From NCBI GenBank assembly GCA_964036045.1, contig OZ038379.1, positions 31,992,001 through 32,056,000 on the forward strand: a stretch of DNA of 64,000 nt, written 5' to 3'. Origin of the DNA: Eutreptiella sp. 'Long Island Sound 2002' (taxonomy: Eukaryota > Protista > Euglenida). This document shows, one piece after another, positions 14,801 through 26,800 of this stretch. The translations under genes and the position numbers were made by a program. Position 1 is the stretch's first letter. The number at the start of each line of letters is the position of its first letter. Below the pieces are notes generated by a model that was given only the letters and a program-made list of their open reading frames with translations, did not search any database and was not told where the DNA came from.

Positions 14801-17800
14801 AATCCACGGTATGTTGTGTGGCCCCTTGAGTTGGGGTTAGGGACTCTCAATCCAAGCTTTGTTGCGTGGCCCCTTGAGTTGGGGTTAGGGACTCTCAATC
14901 CACGCTTTGCTTCGTGGCCCCTTGAGTTGGGGTTACGGACTCTCAATCCATTCTTTGCTGTGTGGCCCCTTGAGTTGGGGTTAGGGACTCGCAGTCCACG
15001 CTTTGTTGTGTGGCCCCTTCAGTTGGGTTTAGGGACTCGCAATCCACGCTGTGTTGCGTGGCCCCTTGAGTTGGGGTTAGGGACTCTCAATCCACGCTTT
15101 ATTGCCTGCCCCATGGAGTTGGGGTTAGGGACTCACAATCCACGCTTTGTTGTGTGGCCCCTTGAGTAGGGGCTAGGGACTCGCAATCCACGCATTGTTG
15201 TGTGGCCCCTTGCTTTGGGGTTAGGGACTCACACTCCATGCTTTGTTGGGTGGCTCCTTGAGTTGGGATTAGGGACTTCCAATCCACGCTTTGTTTCCCG
15301 GCCCCTTGAGTTGGGGTTAGGGACTCGCAATCGACGCTTTCTTGTGTGGCCCCTTGAGTTCGGGTTGGGGACTCGCAATCCACGCTTTGTTCCGCGGCTC
15401 CTTGAGTTGGGGTTATTGGCTCTCAATCCACAGTTCGTTGCATGGCACCTTCATTCGCGGTTAGGGACTCGCAATCCACGCTGTGTTGCGTGGCCCTTTG
15501 ACTTGGGGTTAGCGACTCTCAATCCTCGATTTGTTGTGTGGGCCCTGGAGTTGGGCTTAGGGAGTTGCAATCCACGCTTCGTTGTGTGGCCGCTTGAGTT
15601 GGTGTTAGGGACTCTCAATCCACGCTTTGTTGCGTAGCTTCTTGAGTTGCGGTTGGGGACTCGCATTCCTCGCTTTGTTGCGTAGCCCCTTGAGTTGGTG
15701 TTAGGGACTCACAATCGACGCTTTGTTCTGTAACCCCTTGAGTTGGGGTTAGGGACTCGCAATGCACGCCTTGTTATGTGGCCCCTTCAGTTGGGACTCG
15801 GGACTTTCAATCCACGCTTTGTTGCGTGGCCCCTTGATTTGGGGTTAGGGACTCCCAATCCGGGCTTTGTTGCATGGCCCCTTGAATTGGGGTTAGGGAC
15901 TCTCAATCCATGGTTCGTTGCGTGGCACCTTGATTTGGGGTTAGGGACTCGCAATCCACGCTTTGTTGCGTGACTCCTTGAGGTGCTGCTGGGGATTCGC
16001 AATCCACGCATTGATGCGTGGCCCCTTGAGTTGGGGTTAGGCACTCTCAATCCACGGTTGATTGCGTAGCCCCTTGAGTTGGGTTTAGGGACTCGCGATC
16101 CACGCTTTGCTGCGTGGCCCCTTGAGTTGGGGTTAGGCACTCTCAATCCACGGTTGATTGCGTGGCCTCTTGAGTTGGGTTTAGGGACTCGCGATCCACG
16201 CTTTGTTGCGTGGCCCCTTGAGTTGGGGTTAGGGTTTCGCAATCCACGCTTTGTTGTGTGGCCCCTCGAGTTGGGGTTTGTGGCTCTCAATCCATGGTTC
16301 GTTGCGTGGCACCTTGATTTGGGGTTACGTACTCCCAATCCAGGCTTTGTTGTGTTGCCCTTTGAATTGTGGTCAGGGACTCTCAACCCATGGTTCGTTG
16401 CGTGGCACCTTGATTTGGGGTTAGGGACTCGCAATCCATGCTTTGTTGTGTGACCCCTTGAGGTGCTGCTAGGGACTCACAATGTTGGGGTTAGGGACTC
16501 TCAATCCACGCTTTGTTGCGTGGCCTCTTGAGTTGGGGTTAGGGACTCGCAATCCATGCTTTCTTGTGTGGCCCCTTGAGTTGGGGTTAGGGACTCTCAA
16601 TCCACGCTTTGTTGCGTGGCCCCTTGAGTTGGGGTTAGGGACTCTCAATCCACGGTTCGTTGCGTGGCCCCTTGCGTTGGGATTAGGGACTCTCAATCCG
16701 GGCTTTGTTGCGTGGCCCCTTACATTGGGGGTAGGGACTCTCAATTCAGGCTTTGTTGCGTGGTCCCTTGACTTGGGGTTAGGGACTCTCAATCCACGGT
16801 TCGTTGCGTGGCCCATTGCGTTGGGATTAGGGGCTCTCAATCCGGACTTTAGTGCGTGGCCCCTCAAATTGGGGTTAGGGACTCGCAATTCACGCGTTGA
16901 TGCGTGACCCCTTTCAGTTGGGTTTGGGGACTGTCAATTCACGCTTCGTTGTGTCGCCCCTTAAGTTCGGGCTAGGGACTCTCATTGCAGGCTTTGTTGT
17001 GTGGCCCCTTGAGTTGGGGTTAGGGACTCTCAATCCACGCTTTGTTGCAAGGCCCCGTTGGTTGGGGTTAGCGACTCGCACTCCATGCCTTGTTGCATGG
17101 CCCCTTGAGTTGGAGTTAGGGACTCGCGATCCACGGTATGTTGTGTGGCCCCCTGAGTTGAGGTTAGGGACTCCGAATCCACGCTTTGTTGCGTGGCCCC
17201 TTGAGTTGGGGTTAGGGACTCTCAATCCACGGTTCGTTGCGTGGCCCCTTGCGTTGGGATTAGGGACTCTCAATCCGGGCTTTGTTGCGTGGCCCCTTAC
17301 ATTGGGGGTAGGGACTCTCAATCCAGGCTTTGTTGCGTGGTCCCTTGACTTGGGGTTAGGGACTCTCAATCCACGGTTCGTTGCGTGGCCCATTGCGTTG
17401 GGATTAGGGGCTCTCAATCCGGACTTTAGTGTGTGGCCCCTTAAATTGGGGTTAGGGACTCGCAATTCACGCGTTGATGTCTGACCCCTTTCAGTTGGGG
17501 TTGGGGACTGTCAATTCACGCTTCGTTGTGTCGCCCCTTAAGTTCGGGCTAGGGACTCTCATTGCAGGCTTTGTTGTGTGGCCCCTTGAGTTGGGGTTAG
17601 GGACTCTCAATCCACGCTTTGTTGCAAGGCCCCGTTGGTTGGGGTTAGCGACTCGCACTCCATGCCTTGTTGCATGGCCCCTTGAGTTGGAGTTAGGGAC
17701 TCGCGATCCACGGTATGTTGTGTGGCCCCCTGAGTTGAGGTTAGCGACTCCGAATCCACGCTTTGTTGCGTGGCCCCTTGAGTTGGGGTCCGAGACTCTC

Positions 17801-20800
17801 AATCCACGGTATGTTGTGTGGCCCCTTGAGTTGAGGTTAGGGACTCCCAATCCACGCTTTGTTGCGTGGCCCCTTGCGTTGCGGTTAGGAACTCTCAATT
17901 CACGCTTTGTGGCGTTGCCCCTGGAGTTGGGGCTGGGGAATCACAATCCACGCGTTGATGCGTCACCCCTTGTGTTGGGTTTAGGGACTCTCAATTCATG
18001 CTTTGTTGTGTTGCCTCTTGAGTTGGGGCTACGGACTCGCAATCCACGCTTTGTTGTGTGGCCCCTTGAGTTGGGGTTAGGGACTTTCAATCCACACTTT
18101 GGTGCGTGGCTCCTAGGGTTGGTGTTAGGGACGCGGAATCCACGCTTTATTGCGTGGCCCCTTGATTTCGGGTTAGGGACTCTCAATCCACGCTTTGTTG
18201 CGTGGCCCATTGAGTTGAGGTTAGGGACTCTCAATACACGCTTTGTTGTGTGGCCCCTTGAGTTGGGGTTAGAGACTCTCGATCCACGCTTTGCTGGGTG
18301 GCCCCTTGAGTTGGGGTTAGGGACTCTCAATCCATGCTTAGTTGCTTGCCCCATGGAGTTTGGGTTAGGGACTCGCAATCCACGCTTCGTTGTGTGGCCT
18401 CTTGATGGGGGTTAGCGACTTGCAATCCATTCTTTGTTGTGTGGCCCCTTGAGTTGGGGTTAGGGACTCTCAATCCACGCTATGTTGTGTGGCCCCTTGA
18501 GTTGGGTTTAGGGACTCGCAAATCACGCCTTGATGCAAGGCCCCTTGAGTTGGGGTTAGGGACTCTCAATCTACGCTTTATAGCCTGCCCCATGGAGTTG
18601 GGGTTAGGGACTCGCAATCCACGCTTTGTTGCATGGCCCCTTGAGTTGGGATTAGGGACTGTCAATCCATGCTTTGTTGCGTGGCCACTTGAGTTGTGGT
18701 TAGGGACCCTCAATCCATGCTTTGTTGCGTGGCCCTTGGAGTTGAGGTGAGGGACTCGCCAGCCACGCTTTGTTGCATGGCCCCTTGAGTTGTGGTTAGG
18801 GACTCTCAATCCATGCTTTGTTGCATGGCCAGGGTTTTGCTTAGTGTCCGTCCTACCCTACCCCGGGGGGGGGGGTGGGTGGGTGGGTCTGGCAGAATTT
18901 CAGGGTGGGTGGGTGTCCAACCCCCCCCCCCCCGGGGTGGGGTGGGACTTTGTGGGGGCCCTTGGGTCTATCGAGCCAGTGCCACTTCTTTCTTTCTTCT
19001 GTTGCAGGTTCCGTGTAACATGTTTTTTTATGGTGTGTTTACATGTCATTGCATATCACGTGTGCATGCCCCACGCCCATAAAGGGGCTAGGATGCTTTG
19101 TCGTTTGTGCTGGATGCGAAGGGGGCAACGCTGACAATTAGACTGACATGATGGTTGTTCACCTGTGTGAAAAACTTGGTCTTCTATATTGCATGTCTCA
19201 GTTGGGTACGTGGGTGGGTGGGTGGGTGGGTGGGTGTCAGCCCCCCACCCGCCCCCCCCCGGGGGGGGGGGACATTTGTCGGTCTTTGGGTATGCCAAAA
19301 TTCTGGGTGGGTGGGTCCCTGGATTAACACCCCCCCCCCCCCCTAGGGTGGCTAAGCAAAACCCTGTGCATGGCCCCCGGAGTTGAGCCGAGGGACTCGC
19401 CAGCCACGCTTTGTTGCGTAGTCCCTTGAGTTGGGGTTAGGGACGCGCAATCCACGGTTCATTTGGTAGCCTCTTGAGTTGGCGTTTGGGACTCTCAATC
19501 CATGCTTTGTTGCGTGGCCACTTGAGTTGGGGTTGGTGACTCTCAATCCACGCTTAGTTGCGTGGCCCTTTGAGTTGGGGCTAGGGATTCGGAATCCACG
19601 CTTTGTTGCGTGGCCCCTTGAGTGGGGGTTAGGGACTCACAATCCACGCTTTGTTGCCCGGCCCCTTGAGTTGGGGCCAGGGACTCTCAACCCACGCTTT
19701 GTTTTGTAGCCCCTTTAGTTGGGTTTAGGGACTCTCAGTCCGGGCTTTGTTGTGTAGCCCCTTGAGTTGGGGTTAGGGACTCGCGATCCACGATTTGTTG
19801 CGTGGCCCCTTGAGTTGGGGTTAGGCACTCGCAATCCACGCTTTGTTGCGTGGCCCCTTGAGTTGGGATTAGGGACTCACAGTCCACGCTTTGTTGTGTG
19901 GCCCCTTGAGTTGGGGTGAGGGATTATCAATGCACGCTTTGTTACGTGGCACCTTGAGTTGGGATTAGGGACGCTCAATCCATGCTTTGTTGCGTGGCCA
20001 CTTAAGTTGGGGCTAGGGGCTTCTAATCCACGCATTGTTGCATGGCCCCTTGAGTTGGGATTAGGGACTCTCAATCCATGCTTTGTTGCGTGCCCACTTG
20101 AGTTGGGGTTGGTGACCCTCAATCCACGCTTAGTTGCGTGGCCCTTTGAGTTGGGGCTAGGGATTCGGAATCCACGCTTTGTGGCGTGGCCCCTTGAGTT
20201 GGGGTTAGGGACTCACAATCCACGCTTTGTTGCCTGGCCCCTTGAGTTGGGATTAGGGACCCTCAACCCACACTTTGTTGTGTAGCCCCTTTAGTTGGGG
20301 TTAGGGACTCTGTCCGGGCTTTGTTGTGTAGCCTCTTGAGTTGGGGTTAGGGACTCGCAATCCACGATTTGTTGCGTGGCCCCTTGAGTTGGGATTAGGC
20401 ACTCGCAATCCACGCTTTGTTGCGGGGCCCCTTGAGTTGGGATTAGGGACTCACAATCCACGCTTTGTTGCATGGCCCCTTGAGTTGGGATTAGGGACGC
20501 TCAATCCATGCTTTGTTGCGTGGCCCCTTGAGTTGGGGTTGGTGACTTCCAATCCACGCTTAGTTGCGTGGCCCCTTGAGTTGGGATTAGGGACTCTCAA
20601 CCCACGCTTTGTTTTGTAGCCCCTTTAGTTGGGGCTAGGGACTCTCAATCCAAGCTTTGTTGTGTAGCCCCTTGAGTTGGGGTTAGGGACTCGCAATCCA
20701 CGATTTGTTGCGTGGCCCCTCCAGTTGGGGTTAGGGACTCGCAATCCACGCTTTGTTGCGTGGCCCCTTGAGTTGGGGTGAGGGATTATCAATGCACGCT

Positions 20801-23800
20801 TCGTTGCGTGGCCCCTTGAGTTGGGGCCACGGGCTGCTAATCCACGCATTGTTGCATGGCCCCTTGAGTTGGGGTTAGGGACTCTCAATCCATGATTTGT
20901 TGCGTGGCACCTTGAGTTGTGGTTAGGGACTTTCAATCCACGCTTCGTGGCGTGGCCCCTTGAGTTGGGGTTAGGGACTCTCAATCCACGGTTTCCTTGG
21001 TAGCCTATTGAGATGGGGTCCGGGACTCTCAATCCATGCTTTGTTGCGTGGCTCCTTGAGTTGCGGTTGGTGACTCTCAATCCATGCTTAGTTGCGTGGC
21101 CCTTTGAGTTGGGGATAGGGACTCCGAATCCACGCTTTGTTGCGTGGCCCCTTGAATCGGGGTTAGGGACTCACAATCCATGCTTTGTTGCATGGCCCCT
21201 TCAATTTGGGTTGGTGACTCTCAATCCACCCTTTGTTGCATGGCCCCCTGATTGCAGTTAGGGACTCACAATCCTCGCTTTGTTGCGTGGCCCCTTGAGT
21301 TGTGGTCCGGGACTCTCAATCCAGGCTTTTTTGCGTGGCCCCTTGAGTTGGGGTTAGGGAATTGCAATCCACGCATTGTTGCGTGGCCTCTTGAGTTGGG
21401 GTTAGGGACTCGCAATCCAGGACTTGTTGCGTGGCACCTTGAGTTGGGGTTAGTGACTCGCAATCCACGCCTAGCATTTTAGCTCTCTTTTGGGCCTCCG
21501 AGAAGGCAAGCGTGAGGCTCCCAATTCTTATTTTATCTTCTTTTGTTTGGGGACCCCCGAGACTGCAGGCCCGACATAACACTTCCGCCCTATTTTGGGC
21601 CTCCGAGAAGGCATTTTCTTTTACCCCTTGTGTATGCAACACTCTCCTTCGGCATTTCTCTGTGAATGGCATCGAGGCATACACGAAGAAATCGGCCACA
21701 AAGAGTTCCGTGGGCACAGATGATACCCTATCAATACACATGCAATATACTATTGCTTGGCCGTTTGGGACTCTCCAACCTTGAGCTGACGAAGGAGCTT
21801 ATTCGTTATTCAAGCCGACCCATGATATGGTGCCGTGCATGTCGGGGACCGACAATTGAAGTGAATTTTCTATTTTGGGCTGCTATGCCAATTGGACATT
21901 TTGGGGGTTACCTTCAACCTCCGGCTTGGCTTTCCACCCTCTTCTGTGTGTGACACTTCCTCTTTGCTGATGTGTCATATGTGCATGTGCATAATGGGGT
22001 GCCGGGTCATGTTTCCATCATGAATTCCCCTCATGTAAGTGCGCTTTTTGATCCGTTTCTATTTTTTTGGTCTTTTGATGCACATATCGTGGGGCGTTGA
22101 TAACCCAAGGACCGTTTCTTTTGTTTTGCGTTGTGTGTATGTAGGTCATGTTTCCATCATGAATTCCCCTCATGTACGTGCACTTTCCGATCCGTTTCTA
22201 TTTTTTTTTTTCCGTCTTTTGGTGCACATATCGTGGGGCGTGGATAGCCCAAGGACCGTTGCTTTTGTTTTGTGTTGTATGTATGTAATTTGGGAGCTCA
22301 CCTCGGCAACCCCATGTGCATGTGTGCTAGTGGGGGGTGGCCTTGACATTGTGTTGGCCGCCCCCCACATTATACCCCCAATTTTGGCAATTTTTCGGAC
22401 GAGACAAAATTTGGGTCCGAGTGTGAGGCCGCACCACCCGCCACCCGGTAACACAACAGAACACTCTTTTTGGCTGAGCTGTGGCTAATACGTCTCCATT
22501 GCAAAGCAACAATGCCATGGCCCTGTCACGACTCTTTTCTTGAGCTTGATTTTGTGTCTCGTGCCCATGACACCCTGTGAAACTATGTTATATTGGCCCT
22601 ATACCATTGCCTTGGTGGCCTATATTGGTGGCACTAGTGTTAGCCATGGACCTGTTAGGACTCTTTTTCTTAAGCCTGATTTTCTTCTCAGTGCACACTG
22701 GATGTTGGCCATGGCCTTGTCAAGACTCCTTTCTTGGGCCTATTTTTGTGTCTAGTGCCAATGACACCATGTGAAACTATGTTATATTGGCCGAGTCCCA
22801 ACTAATTGGTGGCCATGCAGAGTACTATCTGCTTTGTGGACTCGGCGTCCCATCGCTAAGGTCGCTATGGGGTGCCGTACGGAACCGGCAGCTGTACATG
22901 TTGCGCATGTATTGCAAAAGTTGCATTTCTTTCAATTTTTTCTTTTTTTTTATAATTTAAACGGCTTACTGCAAAAAAAAAAGTTACACGCCCTTACCGC
23001 AAAAAAAAAAATCAATTTTTTTTAATAATTCACACGACTTACCGCAAAAAAAATTACACACATTTACCGCAAAAAAATTTACACGACTAGACGATTTTTT
23101 TGTACACGACTTACATTTTTCACAGCGGAGGCACGCTGTCGGTACGTCGCTATGGCAGGCGTGGCGTGTTGTGTGTCAGAACTGTTCTGGTGTGGGGTGG
23201 AGACCTTTTTGCTGTGTGCAATCTTGTCTCAGTGACAAGTACAATGGCTTTGATGAAGTCATTCAGTTCAAGTCTGAGTGGGACGCTCTGAAGGAGAAGT
23301 ATCAGCAGCGTCTCTCGCGTGGGACCCATGGACGGACTCAGTCCTCTTCCTCTGTAGATTCTGGAGCCTCTCAGCAGAACAAGGTGCGCGTGCTCTCTTT
23401 GCGTGCGGGTCGGTCTGCAGATTGTCATGTGTACTGCCTTTACCTGATTCATCAGCCTCGGTTTCTCTGGGAACCAACGGGCAGCAGCACACATAATCCC
23501 CCCCCCCCCCATGTCCAGGGACCCAGATTTCCCAGGTTTGCCCGACTCTTTGGCCCGAGTCAATGCATCTCATTGTAATGAGAAATGCCTCTGTGCAATT
23601 GTGTTCACTTTTTGTGAGCAGATGAGTCCTATGGAAAGTGTACTGTTTGTGGCAGCAAGGGGCTGCTGCTGATTTCAGCCATGGGTCTTGACGCAACTCA
23701 GCAGGAGTAGCACCCTGATGCTGCAACAGGGGTTCTGTTCTGTTCAATGTGTGTTCAGTCCCTTCAATCCTGTTCTGTCCTGTCCTGTCCTGCAATCTGA

Positions 23801-26800
23801 TCGATACAAAGCGGAATCCCGCAAGATCGTCACTAAAGTCCCAATCACAACGATAGAAGCATCATGAGTCAAGGAAAATGCAAGGCGCTTTCCCAACAGA
23901 AAGGGTACCTAGGGGATACAGAATATGATCATGCATAGTTTGCATAGTTTTTTCAGCGTGAGTGTGCTCGAAAAAAGTAACACCGTCTATCCAAGCAATA
24001 GGGACCCTGAGACGACCGAAGGGGGGGAAGGTTCAGGCAGGGATAATTTCGCCAGAAAATTCCGTGTTTAGTGAGGTGGCGACCTTTTCCTTGGCAAAAT
24101 CTACGGGCGTTGCAGTGCGGTGTGTGCGTGAGGCAGTGTGTGGTTTGGTATTTGCAAGCGTGGCGAAAATTCCCCCACTGAAATCTTCCCCAACAAAATT
24201 ATCCCCGCACCAAATTATCACTGCCCACTCCTTCCAGGACGATAGGGGTTGTATGGTCTTCTTGATTCCACCCCACTATGGGACCCTGAGATGGCAGGGG
24301 TTATGTAGCCCAGTTGGTTCCTCCCCACTCTACGGTCTTGGACACACAAAGGGTTGGTCATGTAGGCTTTTTGATTCCTCCCAACGTTGGGGACCTCAAC
24401 ACAGCAGGGGATACTTAGCCTTTTTTTTTATTCCCCCACTCTTGGAACCCGAAGACAGGAGGGGCTATGTAGCCCAGTTGATTCCTCTCCACAGTTGGGG
24501 ACCCCGAGAAGGGAGAGGTTGTGTTGCCCATTTAATTCACCAAGTGGGGACTCGCAAACAACAAGGGTTATGTCGCCATTTTGAATCCTCCCCGCTGTAG
24601 GGACCCCAAGATGACAAGGGTTATGTAGCCCATTTGATTCTTCACCACTCTAGGAAACCCAAGCCGGTATGGGTTATGTAGCTTCTTTGAAACCTCCCGG
24701 CTCTGAGGACCCAAGGTGGCAGGGGTCCACACTATGCAAGAATGGTGGAGCTAGTTTAGATGGGGACGCCACCCCAAAGGAGCTTCACCATGCATGACCC
24801 CACTCCTTGACCCCCTTTTCAAGGGAAGGGATGGTGGCACGGATGAATGATCACCACATATGTGTCTACTAGGATTTTACTTGGTGCGCAAGCAAGGTCC
24901 CCAATCTAAGAGCGTGGCCCAAGGCCTTGGTATGGTGTTCACGGCTGAAGGCATGTGTACATCGTTGTGATGGTACTGTGTCCCCTGAGCCCCATTGGTT
25001 GATGGAAGCGTTCACTCTTCATGCTGAACCACTCCTATTCCATGGGTGTGCATTGGTTTCGGTTGGGGGGCGGTTATAGACCCCCCTCTTCATGTGTAGT
25101 TGTGGAATGCCAAGGGCAACAGGTTGCACACGCCAGCTCTTGTGGGGGGCCTTGCGAAAACACATCACCGTAACCGCAAAGCTCTTGGGATTCCAATTTG
25201 GATGGTTCCGTTTGTAAATGCATGAATGCTTGAGCTTGCCGGAGCGACTTCTCCAAACAAAACCAAATGTAGACTGGGACAAGATCTCATTCAACTTCAC
25301 GCTATCTAGCTTTTTGAGGAACGTTCAACACATTGTGAATGGTGCCATTTAATTACACGCCATTTGAGGTCTATGAGCCTTCCCTCATTCTCCCCTCTTT
25401 CCCTCATCCTCTATCAATCAATGTATAGTGTATTATCTTGTTGCATAGTATGTTTTTAGGTGCAGTGTATCCAATAGCAACCTATTGGTGCCTCTTAGAT
25501 TAACCCACAAATCCTTTCCGCACCGTGTTTGCAAGTGCGGTGTACCCAATGCCCACCCACCAATGCAAAAAGCTATTGGCATGTGCGTCGCCCAATATGC
25601 CCTCACACAATGCAGGACAACAAGCCGGACACACCTACTCTGCCCTAGTGTTTGCTAGTTTACCCCAATAATCATGATTGTGCCGAAATCAGTAAAATGG
25701 GGGGGGGGGGGGCAGATTGCACATCACACGTGTATGCCATGCAAATTGCTAATTTTGAAGTGAGAAAGCCAAATGACTGGGTTGCTTGGACCACATTACT
25801 GACTTTGAAGTGAGAACATCAGGCGACTAGGTTGTTTGGACCCCTTGCAAACAATGCTGCATCTTGGCCCACATGCGACTAGAACGTGGAATTGAAATTC
25901 CAAGATATGTGACGAGCTTGAAACCAAGATCCCCTGACACAAGTTGCGTTGCTTGGGTGGAAGGTTTCTTCCTCATGGTAATACTTTCTTTTTCTTTTTC
26001 TTTTTTAGGATTGTTATTACAAGCAATAAGAAAAAAAATTGGAATATATCGACCATTGCTACTTGGAGAGGTGGAGTGAGGCAACCTCACTCCACGGACA
26101 TTGTGGGCACTCCAGGCATGGGCAACACAATGTAGCCATGGGGCAAATGGATGATCAAGTAGGAAAAATGGAAGAAGTGAGGAATATATTGAAGGGTCTG
26201 GTCATGAATTGGGGTGGTAATGTGGGTTTGGATGCTATCTTTGGGTAGATAATCCACCTTTTCCCCCACAACATTGGTACCAAAACCACCCACTGTTGTT
26301 CAACAGCCCATACTTGCGGTTCACAAGAAGCCTTTGCTGAGAAGGGGGAGTCCAGCAAGGACCCCATGACCGTAAAATGAAGCTGAAAACACCCCACTAC
26401 GGCAGGGACTTTCAATTGCGGCAACTATGGGTTTGCAATTAAAAGTCCCTACCCCCATGGGGTGCTTTCCAGTTTTTTTTCTTAAGGACGGCTTTAACAA
26501 GGGATTACCAGCACGAAAGACGTACCGAGGTGACACATTTCCTACCCTCTACCCCTTTCTTCAACTAGCCGCTTTCAATTCATCATAAATTGTTGTCCTT
26601 GCCACCAACAGCTAGCAGGTATGACTACTTCCACCAAATTGTCTCAATTTTTGCTTTTCAACAAGATGGTATGATGTAATGAGTTTAGTGCCTCAAGCTG
26701 CAGAACACAATAGTGACCATGCACCTTCTTGCGAATGGCCATGGATAGTGGGAGCTGTTTTGGGTCTACAGTGTTGTGTTGTTGCATTGCTACACTTAGA

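Larger units (their letters stand above)
13296..23123. mobile_element. 9.8-kb foldback/MULE-like TIR element carrying satellite arrays, inside the 10.4-kb intron J-K
   Basis: Long imperfect inverted termini built from TTACCGCAAAAAAAATTACACG subrepeats (13296-13400 vs 22960-23123, both containing AAAAAAATCGTCTAGTCGTGTAA in inverted orientation). Ends are GTG...CAC, flanked by GGCGGAGGC (13287-95) and AGCGGAGGC (23124-32): 8/9-identical 9-bp TSD. No transposase ORF. Confidence 0.7.

Noticed and set aside
14390-21470. Telomere or interstitial telomeric tract
   Set aside because: Only one TTAGGG per 48 bp and no (TTAGGG)n run.
14279-21482. Dozens of ORFs with 16-aa repeats (LGLGTLNPRFVAWPLE / RVPNPNSRGHATKRGL)
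   Set aside because: They result from a 48-bp (16-codon) unit, are open on both strands, are broken by frequent stops, and lie inside an intron.
24036-24226. Small MITE with a ~14-bp imperfect TIR (GGCAG.GATAATTT)
   Set aside because: No TSD found, so boundaries are unsupported; the same applies to candidates near 10485-10700, 29330-29470 and 38830-39010.
24900-26400. Transposase-like fragments (HSQCVER on the - strand near 25330; ORFs 25019-25300, 26039-26248)
   Set aside because: A single short motif among stops is too weak to assign.
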